Shown here: piece after piece, positions 10,019-20,332 of the stretch | Position numbering within the stretch: the stretch's first letter is position 1 | Layout: the number at the start of each line of letters is the position of its first letter | IMG/VR virus record: IMGVR_UViG_2974598881_000001 | Span: 12,269 to 76,268 of that record | DNA: 64,000 nt | DNA from: a virus | Taxonomy: Duplodnaviria > Caudoviricetes | Strand: one strand, 5' to 3' | The notes under the pieces: generated by a model | Databases searched by the model: none | Seen by the model: only the letters and a program-made list of their open reading frames with translations | Told to the model about the DNA's origin: nothing | Made by a program: the position numbers and the translations under genes

Positions 10019-12549
10019 TGGCTAGGCTGATTCATCGACCCAACCAGGCGGTCGATTACGGAACGGTCGAGACCAACGGCTCGGGCAACGTCCTCGGCGA
10101 CGGCGATAACGCGACTCGTAAGCAGTACTACGAGGATTCGGGCAGCATCCTGCTGTACCCGAGCTTTGATCCGCTGCTCGTGCCCGACGGGCGTGTGATT
10201 CTTGCGGTCAAGCCCGGCCTTGTGCAGCAGAACGGCGGATCACTGATCGCACTGCACAACGGCTGGGTCATGGGGTACCTGCGCATCAACAATCAGCGCG
10301 TGGGCAAGTCGCGTATCTACAAGCAGGACGGGTACAGTACGACTCCGCGCGCCGTCGAAGGTGCGCCGATCTACAACACCGGACTTGCTCCCTGGCGGGC
10401 AGTCGACATCGACAAGATGACCACCGATGTCGGCTCCCCCACGGGAGAGTTCGGCCCGAACACCAAGAAGCTCTGGTGTATTTGCAACGACTCGTACATC
10501 GTTCTCGTCATTGACGACGACGTTGTTACTCCGTCGATCAACTACCCCGCTGACGGCGCGATCATCAACACCTCGTCTGTGGACTTCAAGGGTAACGTCA
10601 ACGTCACCCAGGAAGAGCAGCCTGTAGCCTGCGTGTTCCAGGTCTGCCGTACCGAGTTCTTCGACGACGAGACGGTGGACACTTTTATCGGCGGCCTGGT
10701 GCAGAAGAGTGGTGACACGAGTAACTACGACTCGGTTGTCAACCGCCCGAGCTACACACGCCTCGGTCCCGGAAAGTGGTACGTCCGAGTCAAGGCGAAG
10801 GACTATCGTGGCACCGAGTCGCCCTGGGGTGACACCACTTCGTTCACTATCGTGCACGGACCTTTGCCTGTGCCGATCCCGAACAACCCTGGACCCGACA
10901 TCACTAAGAACACTCCTTACGGTTACCGTGAGGCTGTTCTTCAGACGACCCCCTCGGGCGACCGATACGTCGGCATTGACTGGCAGTTCTGCCAGAATCC
11001 CGACTTCACCACAGGGCCTGTGATCGAGTGGCGGAACAACGCTGTCGGTCGATACAACGCTGGTCCTGTCGGCTATACCGCTGATCCGAGCCCTGACGTC
11101 AAGCCGGGACTCAACAGCGAGAAGGTCTCTACCGGTGACCCGGATCAGTACCTGGTTCAGGGTGATTGGTACGTCCGCGCCAGGGCGGTCGATGTCTGGA
11201 ACCAGACTGGCGATTGGTCTTCCGGGCATAAGTTTACCGTCTCGCACCCGCCTGTGGTGCAGCAGCCGTGGCCGAGTGGTGATCGTGGCTTCGATGATGA
11301 CGCCTTTCCGGTGCGTTGGACATTCGGCGACCCCTGGAAGGGGGACACGCAGAGCGCCTACCAGGTGATCGTGCGAGACCCCGCCGCGAATATCTTGCAC
11401 GACAGTGGCAAGGTTGTCAGCCCGTTCACCACCGCTAAGGTGAGCATCGGCGACGAGTGGAAGGAACAGATTCTCGGACTGTCGATTCAGATCTGGGATA
11501 AGGATGGCGTCGCGTCCCTCGTGTGGACTGGCACCTTCCGTCACTCGACCGCTCCGAAGATCACCCTGCCGTACCCTGCGCCCGACGAGGAGATCATCAC
11601 CGGTCAGCCGGACCTTTCGTGGTCCGTGGAGTATGCACCGGGCCAGAGTCAGAAGTCGTACCATATCGCGTTCATCCGGCGCGACAAGGGTACGATCGAG
11701 TGGAAGAGCGACATCACTCAGAGCACCGCGACGACTTGGCACGCCCCGACGGCGATCCTCAAGAACGTCTCGCTGTACCAGCTGGCGCTCACCATCGTGG
11801 ATACTCAGGACCTGGGCACTACGCTGCTGCGCAACTTCAGCACGAACTACGTTCGCCCGCCGATGATCTACTGCTCGGCTTACGCGACGGATTACGAGGA
11901 GAACGGTTACGTCTCGATTCTGTGGCCGAACACCTCTGTCGATCCGCAGTTCATCGAGTTCCGCCTCTATCGCAAGAACGTAGACGTGGAGGGCTCGGAG
12001 TGGGAGCAGATCGGTACGGTTGCCGATCCCGAGGTATGGCAGTTCCGCGACTGGTCTACCTCCGGTCCGTACCGCTACAAGTACGCGATCACTCAGGTGG
12101 TCATGCTGTACGGCGCCTTGGTCGAGTCTCTGCCCGACGAGTACGGCGACGTGGTGCAGGTGGTGTCGAGTCACTACTGGCTCATTCTGCCCGATAACGA
12201 GGAGCTGAACACCAAGCTCTACCATGTCACCGACGATAAGTACACGTCGAAGATCGAGACCAGCTCTCACATCATCCTCGGCGGCGGTGGCGCTCGAGTG
12301 GTGTACGGCAATCCTATCGGCATCGAGGGCTCGCTTACCGCCCAGGTGCGGGGCGGGTCGCCACTGAACGTCAAGCAGCAGCGCGAGCGCATCCTGCGTA
12401 TCCAGTTCGAGATGGGATATTGCTACCTGCGCGACCCCTTCGGCAACTACACCAAGGTTGCGCTCGGCGAGATTTCCGTCGCGCGTATGCCTGGCGTCGG
12501 CATCAACGAGTTCGTGGACATCGAGGTCCCCTACATGGAGGTTAAGTAA
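10018..12549 (+). CDS. Minor tail protein (FN3/Ig-like repeats plus distal-tail-like C-terminus)
   Basis: First gene after TMP; repeated WYVR.(K/R)A.D...S.W...FT modules; C-terminal YLRDPFG motif. Confidence 0.8.
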   Translation: MARLIHRPNQAVDYGTVETNGSGNVLGDGDNATRKQYYEDSGSILLYPSFDPLLVPDGRVILAVKPGLVQQNGGSLIALHNGWVMGYLRINNQRVGKSRIYKQDGYSTTPRAVEGAPIYNTGLAPWRAVDIDKMTTDVGSPTGEFGPNTKKLWCICNDSYIVLVIDDDVVTPSINYPADGAIINTSSVDFKGNVNVTQEEQPVACVFQVCRTEFFDDETVDTFIGGLVQKSGDTSNYDSVVNRPSYTRLGPGKWYVRVKAKDYRGTESPWGDTTSFTIVHGPLPVPIPNNPGPDITKNTPYGYREAVLQTTPSGDRYVGIDWQFCQNPDFTTGPVIEWRNNAVGRYNAGPVGYTADPSPDVKPGLNSEKVSTGDPDQYLVQGDWYVRARAVDVWNQTGDWSSGHKFTVSHPPVVQQPWPSGDRGFDDDAFPVRWTFGDPWKGDTQSAYQVIVRDPAANILHDSGKVVSPFTTAKVSIGDEWKEQILGLSIQIWDKDGVASLVWTGTFRHSTAPKITLPYPAPDEEIITGQPDLSWSVEYAPGQSQKSYHIAFIRRDKGTIEWKSDITQSTATTWHAPTAILKNVSLYQLALTIVDTQDLGTTLLRNFSTNYVRPPMIYCSAYATDYEENGYVSILWPNTSVDPQFIEFRLYRKNVDVEGSEWEQIGTVADPEVWQFRDWSTSGPYRYKYAITQVVMLYGALVESLPDEYGDVVQVVSSHYWLILPDNEELNTKLYHVTDDKYTSKIETSSHIILGGGGARVVYGNPIGIEGSLTAQVRGGSPLNVKQQRERILRIQFEMGYCYLRDPFGNYTKVALGEISVARMPGVGINEFVDIEVPYMEVK

Positions 12550-14297
12550 TGCCTCTGCCCCCTCGGCCTGACATTCAGGCGGCGTTCCTCGCGCCCGTGG
12601 TGAACATCACTCGGCGTATCGAGATCTACGAGCAGGACGGCACGACGCCCTGGCGTCAGGACCTGTGGGATGACCTCCTGGTCGGCGGTAACATCAATCT
12701 CGATTACGACCGCGATGAGCGTCGCACGCTGGACTGCGAGCTCGACAACATCAGTGGTGACCTCAATCCGAAGGCAGGCGGCCTTTGGTACGACAAGCGC
12801 TTCAAGCTGTTCTACGGCATCCGACTCGATCAGAACGATCGAGGCGTCAAGGTTGCCATCGTGGAGCAGAACTTGGCGGATGGGCAGGCTTTCGAGCTCA
12901 AGAAGCACCTGTCCGCCAACGGGATTAGCGAGGTTCATTACCTCCCTACAGCTACGGAATACGAGCAGGTCGAGAACTATGACGTGCTCGTAGCGATTTC
13001 GAGCACCCAGTTGCAGAAGACTCAGTTCCTGAGCCAGTGTTACAACAGGGGCAAGGGAATCGTTACGTTCTCGATGGATCAAGCGTTCGGGTCACTGCCC
13101 GCGCTAGTCGGGAACGCGGGCACGAGCACCGTCGTATCGGGCGGTGAGCGCGCGTATGCTCCATCGGCCACCGGTTCGGGTGTGTCGATAGGGTGGGACG
13201 ATTGGAGCACGGATTCGGACACTCCGTATCGCAAGATTCTCGCGCCCGCATCTGGCGCAAAGATCGCTGCGATCATGGAGGACGACAACGGTCAGTCTGT
13301 CGGCGCGGTATCCCGCGAGGACACAGACGGTCGGCGATGGGTACACTGTGTGGCATCAGACTTCACCGAGGATGCTCTGCCAGAGGGGTACGAAGAGTTC
13401 GGAAGGTTTGTCAGCAGGGCAGTTACTTGGACGTCTGCTTACGAGGCGCTCGAGGAATGGGAGATTCAGCTCGGCGAGTTCATCGCCGACTCGATCTCGC
13501 TGGGACAGTCGTACGCGACCATCTCGGTCAACGGCCGGGACTTGACAAAGATGTGCCAGCAGTCGAAGTTCGTGGTCTCGACGACGTTTAAGGCAAAGAC
13601 GCCGATCGAGAGTGTCATCAGGACTGTGGCTACGAATGCAGGCATCTCGAAGTTTAAGCTACCCATCACGGACAAGGTTCTCGATAAAGACATGACCTGG
13701 GAGCGTGGCACCTCCCGTTGGGATGTGATAAGAGATGTTTCCCACAGTAACAACTATGAAGTCTTCTTCGATAACGAAGGCTACCTGTTCATGCGCGAGT
13801 TTCGCGATCCACTCCTCACTCCGCCTACTCTTGAGCTTAGCGCTGGTTTGGGAGGTAATCTCATCTCACGCGGCGGGAAGACCTCAGACGGTCAGCTTTT
13901 TAATCATATCGTTGTTGTTGGTGAATCTTCTGATTCATCGACTCCACCTGTGTATGCAGAGGCGATTAATACTACGCCGACTTCACCTACGAGCGTTGCC
14001 GAGATCGGTGATCGGGTAGCAGTCACAACGCTCAGTATGATTACGACAATCCAACAGGCACAGAAGTACGCGAACACGCTTCTGTCGGTGTCGGCGCTCG
14101 AGGAGTTTGAGCTTGACTTCGAAGCTACACTATTGCCGTGGATTGAGGCTGGCGACATTCTTGAGATGAAGAGGTCGGACAGCCGGTACTGGGGTCCAGA
14201 CCGGTACCTCCTTACGAATCTGTCATTTCCCCTCGATCTGACGCCTATGTCGGGTAATGGGAAACGAATCGAGAAGGTAGAGGCGGCGGAAAGCTAA
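12549..14297 (+). CDS. Minor tail protein, DUF5047-like baseplate hub with an inserted domain
   Basis: GNINLDYDRDERRTLDCEL, LGEF, SRWDVIR, FFDNEGY motifs; ~210-aa insertion at ~12828-13454. Confidence 0.75.
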   Translation: MPLPPRPDIQAAFLAPVVNITRRIEIYEQDGTTPWRQDLWDDLLVGGNINLDYDRDERRTLDCELDNISGDLNPKAGGLWYDKRFKLFYGIRLDQNDRGVKVAIVEQNLADGQAFELKKHLSANGISEVHYLPTATEYEQVENYDVLVAISSTQLQKTQFLSQCYNRGKGIVTFSMDQAFGSLPALVGNAGTSTVVSGGERAYAPSATGSGVSIGWDDWSTDSDTPYRKILAPASGAKIAAIMEDDNGQSVGAVSREDTDGRRWVHCVASDFTEDALPEGYEEFGRFVSRAVTWTSAYEALEEWEIQLGEFIADSISLGQSYATISVNGRDLTKMCQQSKFVVSTTFKAKTPIESVIRTVATNAGISKFKLPITDKVLDKDMTWERGTSRWDVIRDVSHSNNYEVFFDNEGYLFMREFRDPLLTPPTLELSAGLGGNLISRGGKTSDGQLFNHIVVVGESSDSSTPPVYAEAINTTPTSPTSVAEIGDRVAVTTLSMITTIQQAQKYANTLLSVSALEEFELDFEATLLPWIEAGDILEMKRSDSRYWGPDRYLLTNLSFPLDLTPMSGNGKRIEKVEAAES

Positions 14298-16228
14298 TGG
14301 CTACTGGCTTTGGCGAATGGGCGAACACGGTTCAGGCCCACAAGGTTCTTACTCAAATCGCGGCAAATGAGGTGCAGAGGCTACGGCCCGCATCCCGTCT
14401 GGCTGAAGTGACTGCGATCGACACGATTGACAAGTCGCTCATGGTGAGGTTCGTTGGAGAGACGAACGAGGTTCGGGTTCCGTATACCTCTACGTCGCCT
14501 GCGAACACCGGCCAGTATGTGCGCGTCGGCGGCACGATGCACGACAGGCATGTCGAAGATGTCGTGGGCACGACTGCGACCGAGGCTCGGCTAGCCGACA
14601 CCGAGAATCACGTCGACTCGCTCATGACGAGTATCTTAGGAAACGAGTGGGCGAACGATGACGATGGAGAATCTGGTAGCTTTATTGACCGCATTACTGA
14701 TTTCTTCGGTAGTCTCGGGGGCAATAATGAAGATCTGCTGGGACTTATTGGAGCTCTTGCGGACAATCCGCTCGGAACGATCAACGACGCCAAGGCCAAG
14801 ATCAAGTCGATGCTGGAGTCGGCGTTCGGACTGATCGACCCGAGCCGTATTCCGCTTCTTCCTGCCTCGCACATCGGCAAGGCCGAGCCGGATATTCTGG
14901 CGAACTACACGTTCGACAGTGCTATCACTATCGACACCACCGGCGCGTGGACCTGGGACGAGACCGAAGGCCACACGGCTCCCGGCTCGGCCCGCACCAC
15001 TGCAAACGGCAGCAGGCGCGTGCTCACCTCGGTTCCGATCAAGGTTGACGAACTACAGAAGCTCGAGGTCGCAGGCTGGGTTAAGTGGGCTGGTGTCACA
15101 GCGGTTGGAAACGCTTTCCAGATTGTCATTCTTGCTTCTAACGACACCTCGCCGGTGTCCGAGACTGTTGTTCAGTCCATTACTAACCCGGCTACCAATG
15201 GCGTCTGGACCAAGATGGCAGGATCGTACACAGTGCCCGAGGGTATTACCTCGGTTCGCGTCAGGCTTGTCGTCACTTCGACCACCACTGTTGGTACGGT
15301 CTGGTTCGATGACATGTCGATGAGCAAGACCAACACGGTCAAGCAGGGTCTCATCACGAACCTTATTCCCGATCTGTCCGGCCTGTGGGGCAACTTCACC
15401 AGTGTCTTTGAGAAGATCACCGGAGTAATTGGCGCTGGCCCGACGCAGCTTCAGCAGTGGATCGCGCAGCTCAAGAATATCTTGTCGGGAATCTCCATCC
15501 CTGGCGGGGACCTGTTTCCAACTTTGTCGCAAGCGATCAACGGTGCGATCAGTAACGTTCAGACGTTTGCGCAGAACCTACTCAATGGCATCCTCAGTGG
15601 TATCCGAAAGATTCCTGTTGTCGGCGGCTCGATCGCAGATGTCATTAGCGAGATCACCGGCCTCAAGGATACTACCGAGAGCGCTATCGACGCAGCAGGG
15701 ACCGCCCAGACGACCGCCGACATGGCGCATGTCGCTGCCGACAACGCTGTATCGACTGCGGTTGACACGGTTAAGCAGGGCCTGAACAACGCGGGTCCAC
15801 AGGCGGCTCCGATTCAGAGTGCGCTCCGTTCATTTATCGACTTGATCTTCGGCTCGGGCACATCGAGCGGTTCGACTCCTACCGTTCGCTGGACGCAGGA
15901 GATTTACCTGTGTGCCGGTCCGGTGATTCTCGGACTCAACGATATTCCGCTTGGGTTCGAGCTGCCTTACAATGCTGCTATTACTTCGATTACAGCTCGC
16001 ACATCTGAGCATGTCACTACCGGAACAGGGTCTCGGGTGGTAGTTCAGGTGCGTAAGAATGGCACCGTAATTCACACGATGACTTGGAACGGTGGCGTCG
16101 CTCGTTATACATCTGGCGCGCTGAATATTACCGGACTTACTGTTAACGATGTGATTACTTTCAACGTCATCGAGGTCAGCTCTCGTATGGCTGACATGTC
16201 AATCACTGTTGCGGGTCGGTACAGCTAA
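14297..16228 (+). CDS. Minor tail protein with a carbohydrate-binding-like domain
   Basis: GLIDPSRIPLLP...WTWD...SYTVPEGITSVRVRL...VWFDD pattern typical of actinophage minor tails. Confidence 0.8.
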   Translation: MATGFGEWANTVQAHKVLTQIAANEVQRLRPASRLAEVTAIDTIDKSLMVRFVGETNEVRVPYTSTSPANTGQYVRVGGTMHDRHVEDVVGTTATEARLADTENHVDSLMTSILGNEWANDDDGESGSFIDRITDFFGSLGGNNEDLLGLIGALADNPLGTINDAKAKIKSMLESAFGLIDPSRIPLLPASHIGKAEPDILANYTFDSAITIDTTGAWTWDETEGHTAPGSARTTANGSRRVLTSVPIKVDELQKLEVAGWVKWAGVTAVGNAFQIVILASNDTSPVSETVVQSITNPATNGVWTKMAGSYTVPEGITSVRVRLVVTSTTTVGTVWFDDMSMSKTNTVKQGLITNLIPDLSGLWGNFTSVFEKITGVIGAGPTQLQQWIAQLKNILSGISIPGGDLFPTLSQAINGAISNVQTFAQNLLNGILSGIRKIPVVGGSIADVISEITGLKDTTESAIDAAGTAQTTADMAHVAADNAVSTAVDTVKQGLNNAGPQAAPIQSALRSFIDLIFGSGTSSGSTPTVRWTQEIYLCAGPVILGLNDIPLGFELPYNAAITSITARTSEHVTTGTGSRVVVQVRKNGTVIHTMTWNGGVARYTSGALNITGLTVNDVITFNVIEVSSRMADMSITVAGRYS

Positions 16229-17499
16229 TGGGAATCCATCTTCGACGTAACTGGAGTAACCGAAGCGGCGCCGACCCCTCAACATGGGAGCTGCCGGTTA
16301 ACCAGGCCTCCAAATGGCTTGTCCCTAAGTCGGGCGATCAGCGTATCCTTGGCGAGGGTGGGTCTATGGCCCTCGTGAACGATAATCAGAGGGCATTCGT
16401 TATCTCTGTGTTTGTTGGAGACGGTGGCTCTGTTACTGTTGGAGGCACCTCGGGCCAGAATACAATCCAGATTAGTCGAACCGGGAATACGATCAGCGTA
16501 ACGGCTCGCCCCAACAGCGGAAGCGCAACCACAAAGACGGCGACTACCGACATGCCGCTTGAGCGGTGGGCCAACGTCTATCTCAAGTGTAGAGCAACTG
16601 GTCTCATTAGCAACCAGGTGACAGTAACATACCAGGTAGACTTCAAGACCGGTGTTGAGCTTATCGCGACCGGAGACCTTTTTGGGAACTCTTTCCCACT
16701 CGGCGGCAAGACTCTTCTGTGTAATTCGCTTTCTGGTTGGGCTTGGTTTGCTAAGGCCGATAACGGCCTCTGGGGTTGGGGTGCCGCCACCAAGGTTCCG
16801 ATCGACGACGCTAAGTATCGCGAGGCTGTTCTCAACAATGCGACCTGGGACCTCGATAACGCTGTAGGGACTCGCACTTACAACCGACCGGCTGGACTCA
16901 AGTTCTCGAGACAGTGGCTCATTCAGGGTGGCGGCGGCGACGGAGCCGATGGCTACAACGGCTCTACTGGCAACTGTACTAATGGCTCTCCAGGTTCAGA
17001 CGGCGGCAAAGGAGGCAACGACGGAGACGCAGGAACAGCCGGTGGCCCAGGCGGTTCGGGCGGACAGTCGTACGAGCCTGTAGAGAAGTGTGAAGATGTC
17101 TGGGACCCAAAGGGTGGAACTTGCGACATTGACAATAACTGTACTGGTGGCTGGGTGAGGCAGTGTCACACAGAGTACGAATGGGTCTGTCGCGACGGCT
17201 CTGGCGGCTCTGGCGGCAAGGGTGGCAAGGGCGGTCGAGGTGTTATGATTATGGCCGACATCGCCCAAGAGGTTCTCCAGATCACCGTCGGAGCTGCTGG
17301 CTCGAAGGGCACTGGCAACGGTGGCAACGGGACCAACGGAGGTCATACTAGATTTGGCAGTGTTTCTACACAGGATGCTCTTCCGTACAATAGCCTGGTC
17401 CGATCTCCTACGTCTATTCGATACGGTGTTACCGAGTTTGTTCACGGACTTGGCGACCCGAACGGTCCCGGCGGGATCGTCTTTTACTACAAGTGGTAG
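16228..17499 (+). CDS. Glycine-rich tail fibre-like protein with a Cys-rich insert
   Basis: GGGG/GxGG runs; 5 Cys in 34 aa at 17089-17190. Confidence 0.7.
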   Translation: MGIHLRRNWSNRSGADPSTWELPVNQASKWLVPKSGDQRILGEGGSMALVNDNQRAFVISVFVGDGGSVTVGGTSGQNTIQISRTGNTISVTARPNSGSATTKTATTDMPLERWANVYLKCRATGLISNQVTVTYQVDFKTGVELIATGDLFGNSFPLGGKTLLCNSLSGWAWFAKADNGLWGWGAATKVPIDDAKYREAVLNNATWDLDNAVGTRTYNRPAGLKFSRQWLIQGGGGDGADGYNGSTGNCTNGSPGSDGGKGGNDGDAGTAGGPGGSGGQSYEPVEKCEDVWDPKGGTCDIDNNCTGGWVRQCHTEYEWVCRDGSGGSGGKGGKGGRGVMIMADIAQEVLQITVGAAGSKGTGNGGNGTNGGHTRFGSVSTQDALPYNSLVRSPTSIRYGVTEFVHGLGDPNGPGGIVFYYKW

Positions 17500-17507
17500 A
17501 GGTAACC

Positions 17508-17771
17508 ATGAAGATTACAGTTTTTACCCTTCCCGACTGCGCACCCTGTTCTCAGGTTAAGGCCGACCTGAACACACTCGGACTCGAGTTCGAGGAGGTT
17601 CCGGCACGCGAGAATCGCGAGCGATGGGAAAGCGTAGTGGCACGCTTTCCGTCGGACCGCAAGACCGGCCTTCCGTGCACCCTTATCGAGGACGGCGACC
17701 GTACGAACTTTATCGTCGGCTGGTACACGGGATACAAGGATGCAGTCAAGCGAATGACAAACGGAGAATAA
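17508..17771 (+). CDS. nrdH: NrdH/glutaredoxin-like redoxin
   Basis: MKITVFTLPDCAPCSQVK CxxC motif; GLPCTLI cis-Pro region; ATG at 17508 after AGAGG. Confidence 0.8.
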   Translation: MKITVFTLPDCAPCSQVKADLNTLGLEFEEVPARENRERWESVVARFPSDRKTGLPCTLIEDGDRTNFIVGWYTGYKDAVKRMTNGE

Positions 17772-17772
17772 G

Positions 17773-18813
17773 ATGCCAGTAGGCTGGAGTGAAGAAGGAC
17801 CCCCTCCCTGGGCGCCAGAGCCTATCAGGGGGTGGGCTGACGTGCCTCAGCTTACTGGCGCTGACTACGGCCTCGGAACCGATCTTGCGGTAGTCAAGGC
17901 CAATCTACTCGTCTCCGAGTATGGACGTGGCACCGACTTCGCTGAGGTTAAGTCTAAGGTTACGGTCATCGACCTCGGACGTGGCACCGATCGAAGTACA
18001 GTCAAGGGTAAGCTGATTGTTCCTGATCTTGGTCGCGGCAGGGATTACGCAATCACTGGAGTCCGGCCAGTTGAATTGGGGCGCGGAACCGATCTTGCTG
18101 CTATCAGGAGTATTCAGTCTGTAGGTGAACGAGGTCGCGGTCTTGACGCATTTATCTTTAACAAGTCTACACTCGGAGGGATTGTCGAGCGCGGCAGAGG
18201 CTTGGATTCTGGAGTCGTAGTCTTTTCGCCTTGGGACACCACAGGAAGTTACACTCAGACAACAGTCGTAAACCTCAAGATTCCCGTTCAGTGTCGATTT
18301 ATCGACGTTGTTGCAATTGGGGCTGGCGGCGGCGGACAGGGCGCAGGCTGGGCTATCGACGGCAAAGGCGGCGGTGGCGGTAACTTTGCATACGTTACGC
18401 TCGAGCGTGGTGTGCACATTCCTTGGACAGCGATCGCAATTACTGTTACCGTAGGAGTTGGTGGAGCGCGCGGTTCCGGTGGCGCAATTCCAGGCTCAGG
18501 TAGCACTGGTGGAAACACCGTCGTCACCGTCGAGGGTTACGGTACCGTCACTGCAACCGGAGGACAGAGTGGCGGAGATCGCGGAGTTAGCAACGGCTCT
18601 CGTCCCGGCGGCGGCGTGCTCGGAGGTAATGCTAACACTTCCGGAAGTACCCAGAATGCGCTCAACCTGAACGGAAAGCAGTACGTTGGCGCTGGCGACC
18701 ACTCGAGTACGACAGCGCCCACACCGGGTGCAGGTGGATACGGAGGCGCGTTCTTCGCAGGAAATGGCAACCCTGGAGCAAACGGAATCGCCTGGGTGAG
18801 GTGTTGGCGATGA
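17773..18813 (+). CDS. Minor tail protein, Gly-rich C-terminal domain
   Basis: Seven (D/E)xGxGxD repeats in the N-terminal half; IDVVAIGAGGGG...GANGIAWVR C-terminal domain. Confidence 0.75.
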   Translation: MPVGWSEEGPPPWAPEPIRGWADVPQLTGADYGLGTDLAVVKANLLVSEYGRGTDFAEVKSKVTVIDLGRGTDRSTVKGKLIVPDLGRGRDYAITGVRPVELGRGTDLAAIRSIQSVGERGRGLDAFIFNKSTLGGIVERGRGLDSGVVVFSPWDTTGSYTQTTVVNLKIPVQCRFIDVVAIGAGGGGQGAGWAIDGKGGGGGNFAYVTLERGVHIPWTAIAITVTVGVGGARGSGGAIPGSGSTGGNTVVTVEGYGTVTATGGQSGGDRGVSNGSRPGGGVLGGNANTSGSTQNALNLNGKQYVGAGDHSSTTAPTPGAGGYGGAFFAGNGNPGANGIAWVRCWR

Positions 18814-19115
18814 GTGAAGAAGATCGTTACGAGATGGCAGCAGCCGAAGGGGATGGAGGCTTTAATCCAGACGATTATCAGTCTCCGCCTCACGATGGGG
18901 TGTGGTCAGACAACTTCATAATCAACAAAGCCTGGGTAGACGGAGTGACTACCTCTTGGAGGAATATTCCGAACTCGGGCGGGCTTAAGATCAGACGCGT
19001 TGTTAAGGTTATCTACATCAAGGATGACGCAACAGCCTATATGGCTTCATACAAGATCGAACAAGTAGCCATCTACTATGACGTAGAGGTATACATCGCA
19101 GAAAGGACTTCATAA
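18810..19115 (+). CDS. Hypothetical virion/tail protein
   Basis: ATGA overlap with the upstream stop; tail-cassette context. Confidence 0.55.
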   Translation: MSEEDRYEMAAAEGDGGFNPDDYQSPPHDGVWSDNFIINKAWVDGVTTSWRNIPNSGGLKIRRVVKVIYIKDDATAYMASYKIEQVAIYYDVEVYIAERTS

Positions 19116-19480
19116 TGCCCGCAGAATACGAGGACGCGCACCTCATCGCAGCCGCCACCGCGATCACCAACCTCGGTAACAGGATTGGCCTGTTCTACGG
19201 CAACACCCGAGTTGGCACCGTCTACACGGACACCACCTGGGGCACTGCTACCGCAGTGACCGACAACGGCGAGCGCAAGGGTCGCCGTCCAGGGAGCAAC
19301 GTCACGATCAACGTTCCGGCGAGCACCGTGCCGAACGGTACTGTCATCGACAAGTACGGCGTGTTCAACGGGACCACCCTTCTCCGCAAGGTGCCCCTCA
19401 CGGTCTCGCAGGTGGTGAACGACGGCTCGCAGGCATTCAGTATTGATGTGACGCCTGTCTACCTCTACGAAGGCGACTAA
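19115..19480 (+). CDS. Minor tail protein
   Basis: 121-aa beta-rich protein at the end of the tail cassette; TAATG coupling. Confidence 0.6.
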   Translation: MPAEYEDAHLIAAATAITNLGNRIGLFYGNTRVGTVYTDTTWGTATAVTDNGERKGRRPGSNVTINVPASTVPNGTVIDKYGVFNGTTLLRKVPLTVSQVVNDGSQAFSIDVTPVYLYEGD

Positions 19481-19512
19481 GTAGTACCCCGGTTTGCTTT
19501 AGCAAGCAATGC

Positions 19513-19541
19513 TTGACCGTTTCAAGGTTCAAGTGTAAGAT
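19513..19541 (+). promoter_or_regulatory. SigA-like promoter for the lysis cassette
   Basis: TTGACC-N17-TAAGAT, then AGGAGG and ATG at 19566. Confidence 0.7.
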
Positions 19542-19565
19542 ACACCACTGACACAGGAGGTAGAC

Positions 19566-20003
19566 ATGACCACCAATCAAGTCCCCGGCACTCAGACCGT
19601 GGTGCCCCCGAACATCTTCCAGATCCGTTCGAAGAACGACCTGATCACCCTGCTGTACTGGATCATTCCGCTGGTCTCGGCGGGTCTCGTCTCGTACGGT
19701 GTGATCCAGGACAGCGACGGAGCCCTCTGGACCGGCGTCGTGACCGGCGCGCTGCAGCTCGTTCTCCAGTTCAACCGCACGCAGGACTACGCGCGCAAGG
19801 CCATCTACACCGTGCTGAATCTCGCGAACACCATTCTGATCGCCTACGTGGCAGGCTGGAACCCCGAGGCCCTGACTCACATCATGCCGATCCTCACCCT
19901 GATCCTGGGCGGCGCACCGGCAGCCATCGCTACACAGAACGTGAACAACTCGGGCGACGAGGGGCGCGAGTTCTACGTCGGCGAGCACCGGGCAGGCGAG
20001 TAA
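19566..20003 (+). CDS. Holin (4 predicted TM segments)
   Basis: Hydrophobic segments LLYWIIPLVSAGLVSYGVI, ALWTGVVTGALQLVL and others; heads the lysis cassette. Confidence 0.7.
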   Translation: MTTNQVPGTQTVVPPNIFQIRSKNDLITLLYWIIPLVSAGLVSYGVIQDSDGALWTGVVTGALQLVLQFNRTQDYARKAIYTVLNLANTILIAYVAGWNPEALTHIMPILTLILGGAPAAIATQNVNNSGDEGREFYVGEHRAGE

Positions 20004-20005
20004 TC

Positions 20006-20332
20006 GTGCCTATCGTCTACCACCGCAACAACTACAATCGCGAGTCCCTCCAGGAGACGACCGATCATGTGGTGGCTCACATCTCGTCAGTGGCGAGCGT
20101 GACGGACGATCCGGCAGAGTTTGCCGACTTCGTGAACATCTCGTACACCGAGAACGAGGACGGCTCCACTCGCGTCTACGGCGAGCTCCAGCAGGAGCCC
20201 GCCTGTGACTACACGCTCCCCGACGACTACGTCAAGCCTTCCGAGGATCAGTACCAGCAGGGCTTCGGCGAGCGCAACATGACTCCCGAGGAGCTCCAGG
20301 AGCACCTCCTCAAGAAGGCGGGGCTCAAGTGA
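20006..20332 (+). CDS. Hypothetical acidic protein in the lysis cassette
   Basis: 108 aa, high GC3, coupled to the amidase gene. Confidence 0.65.
   Translation: MPIVYHRNNYNRESLQETTDHVVAHISSVASVTDDPAEFADFVNISYTENEDGSTRVYGELQQEPACDYTLPDDYVKPSEDQYQQGFGERNMTPEELQEHLLKKAGLK

Noticed and set aside
10240-12270. 676-aa minus-strand ORF, and similar long antisense ORFs at 6416-8209, 34176-35582, 46531-48030 and 52289-53401
   Set aside because: Shadow frames antisense to well-supported genes with strong GC3 bias; no motifs or RBS
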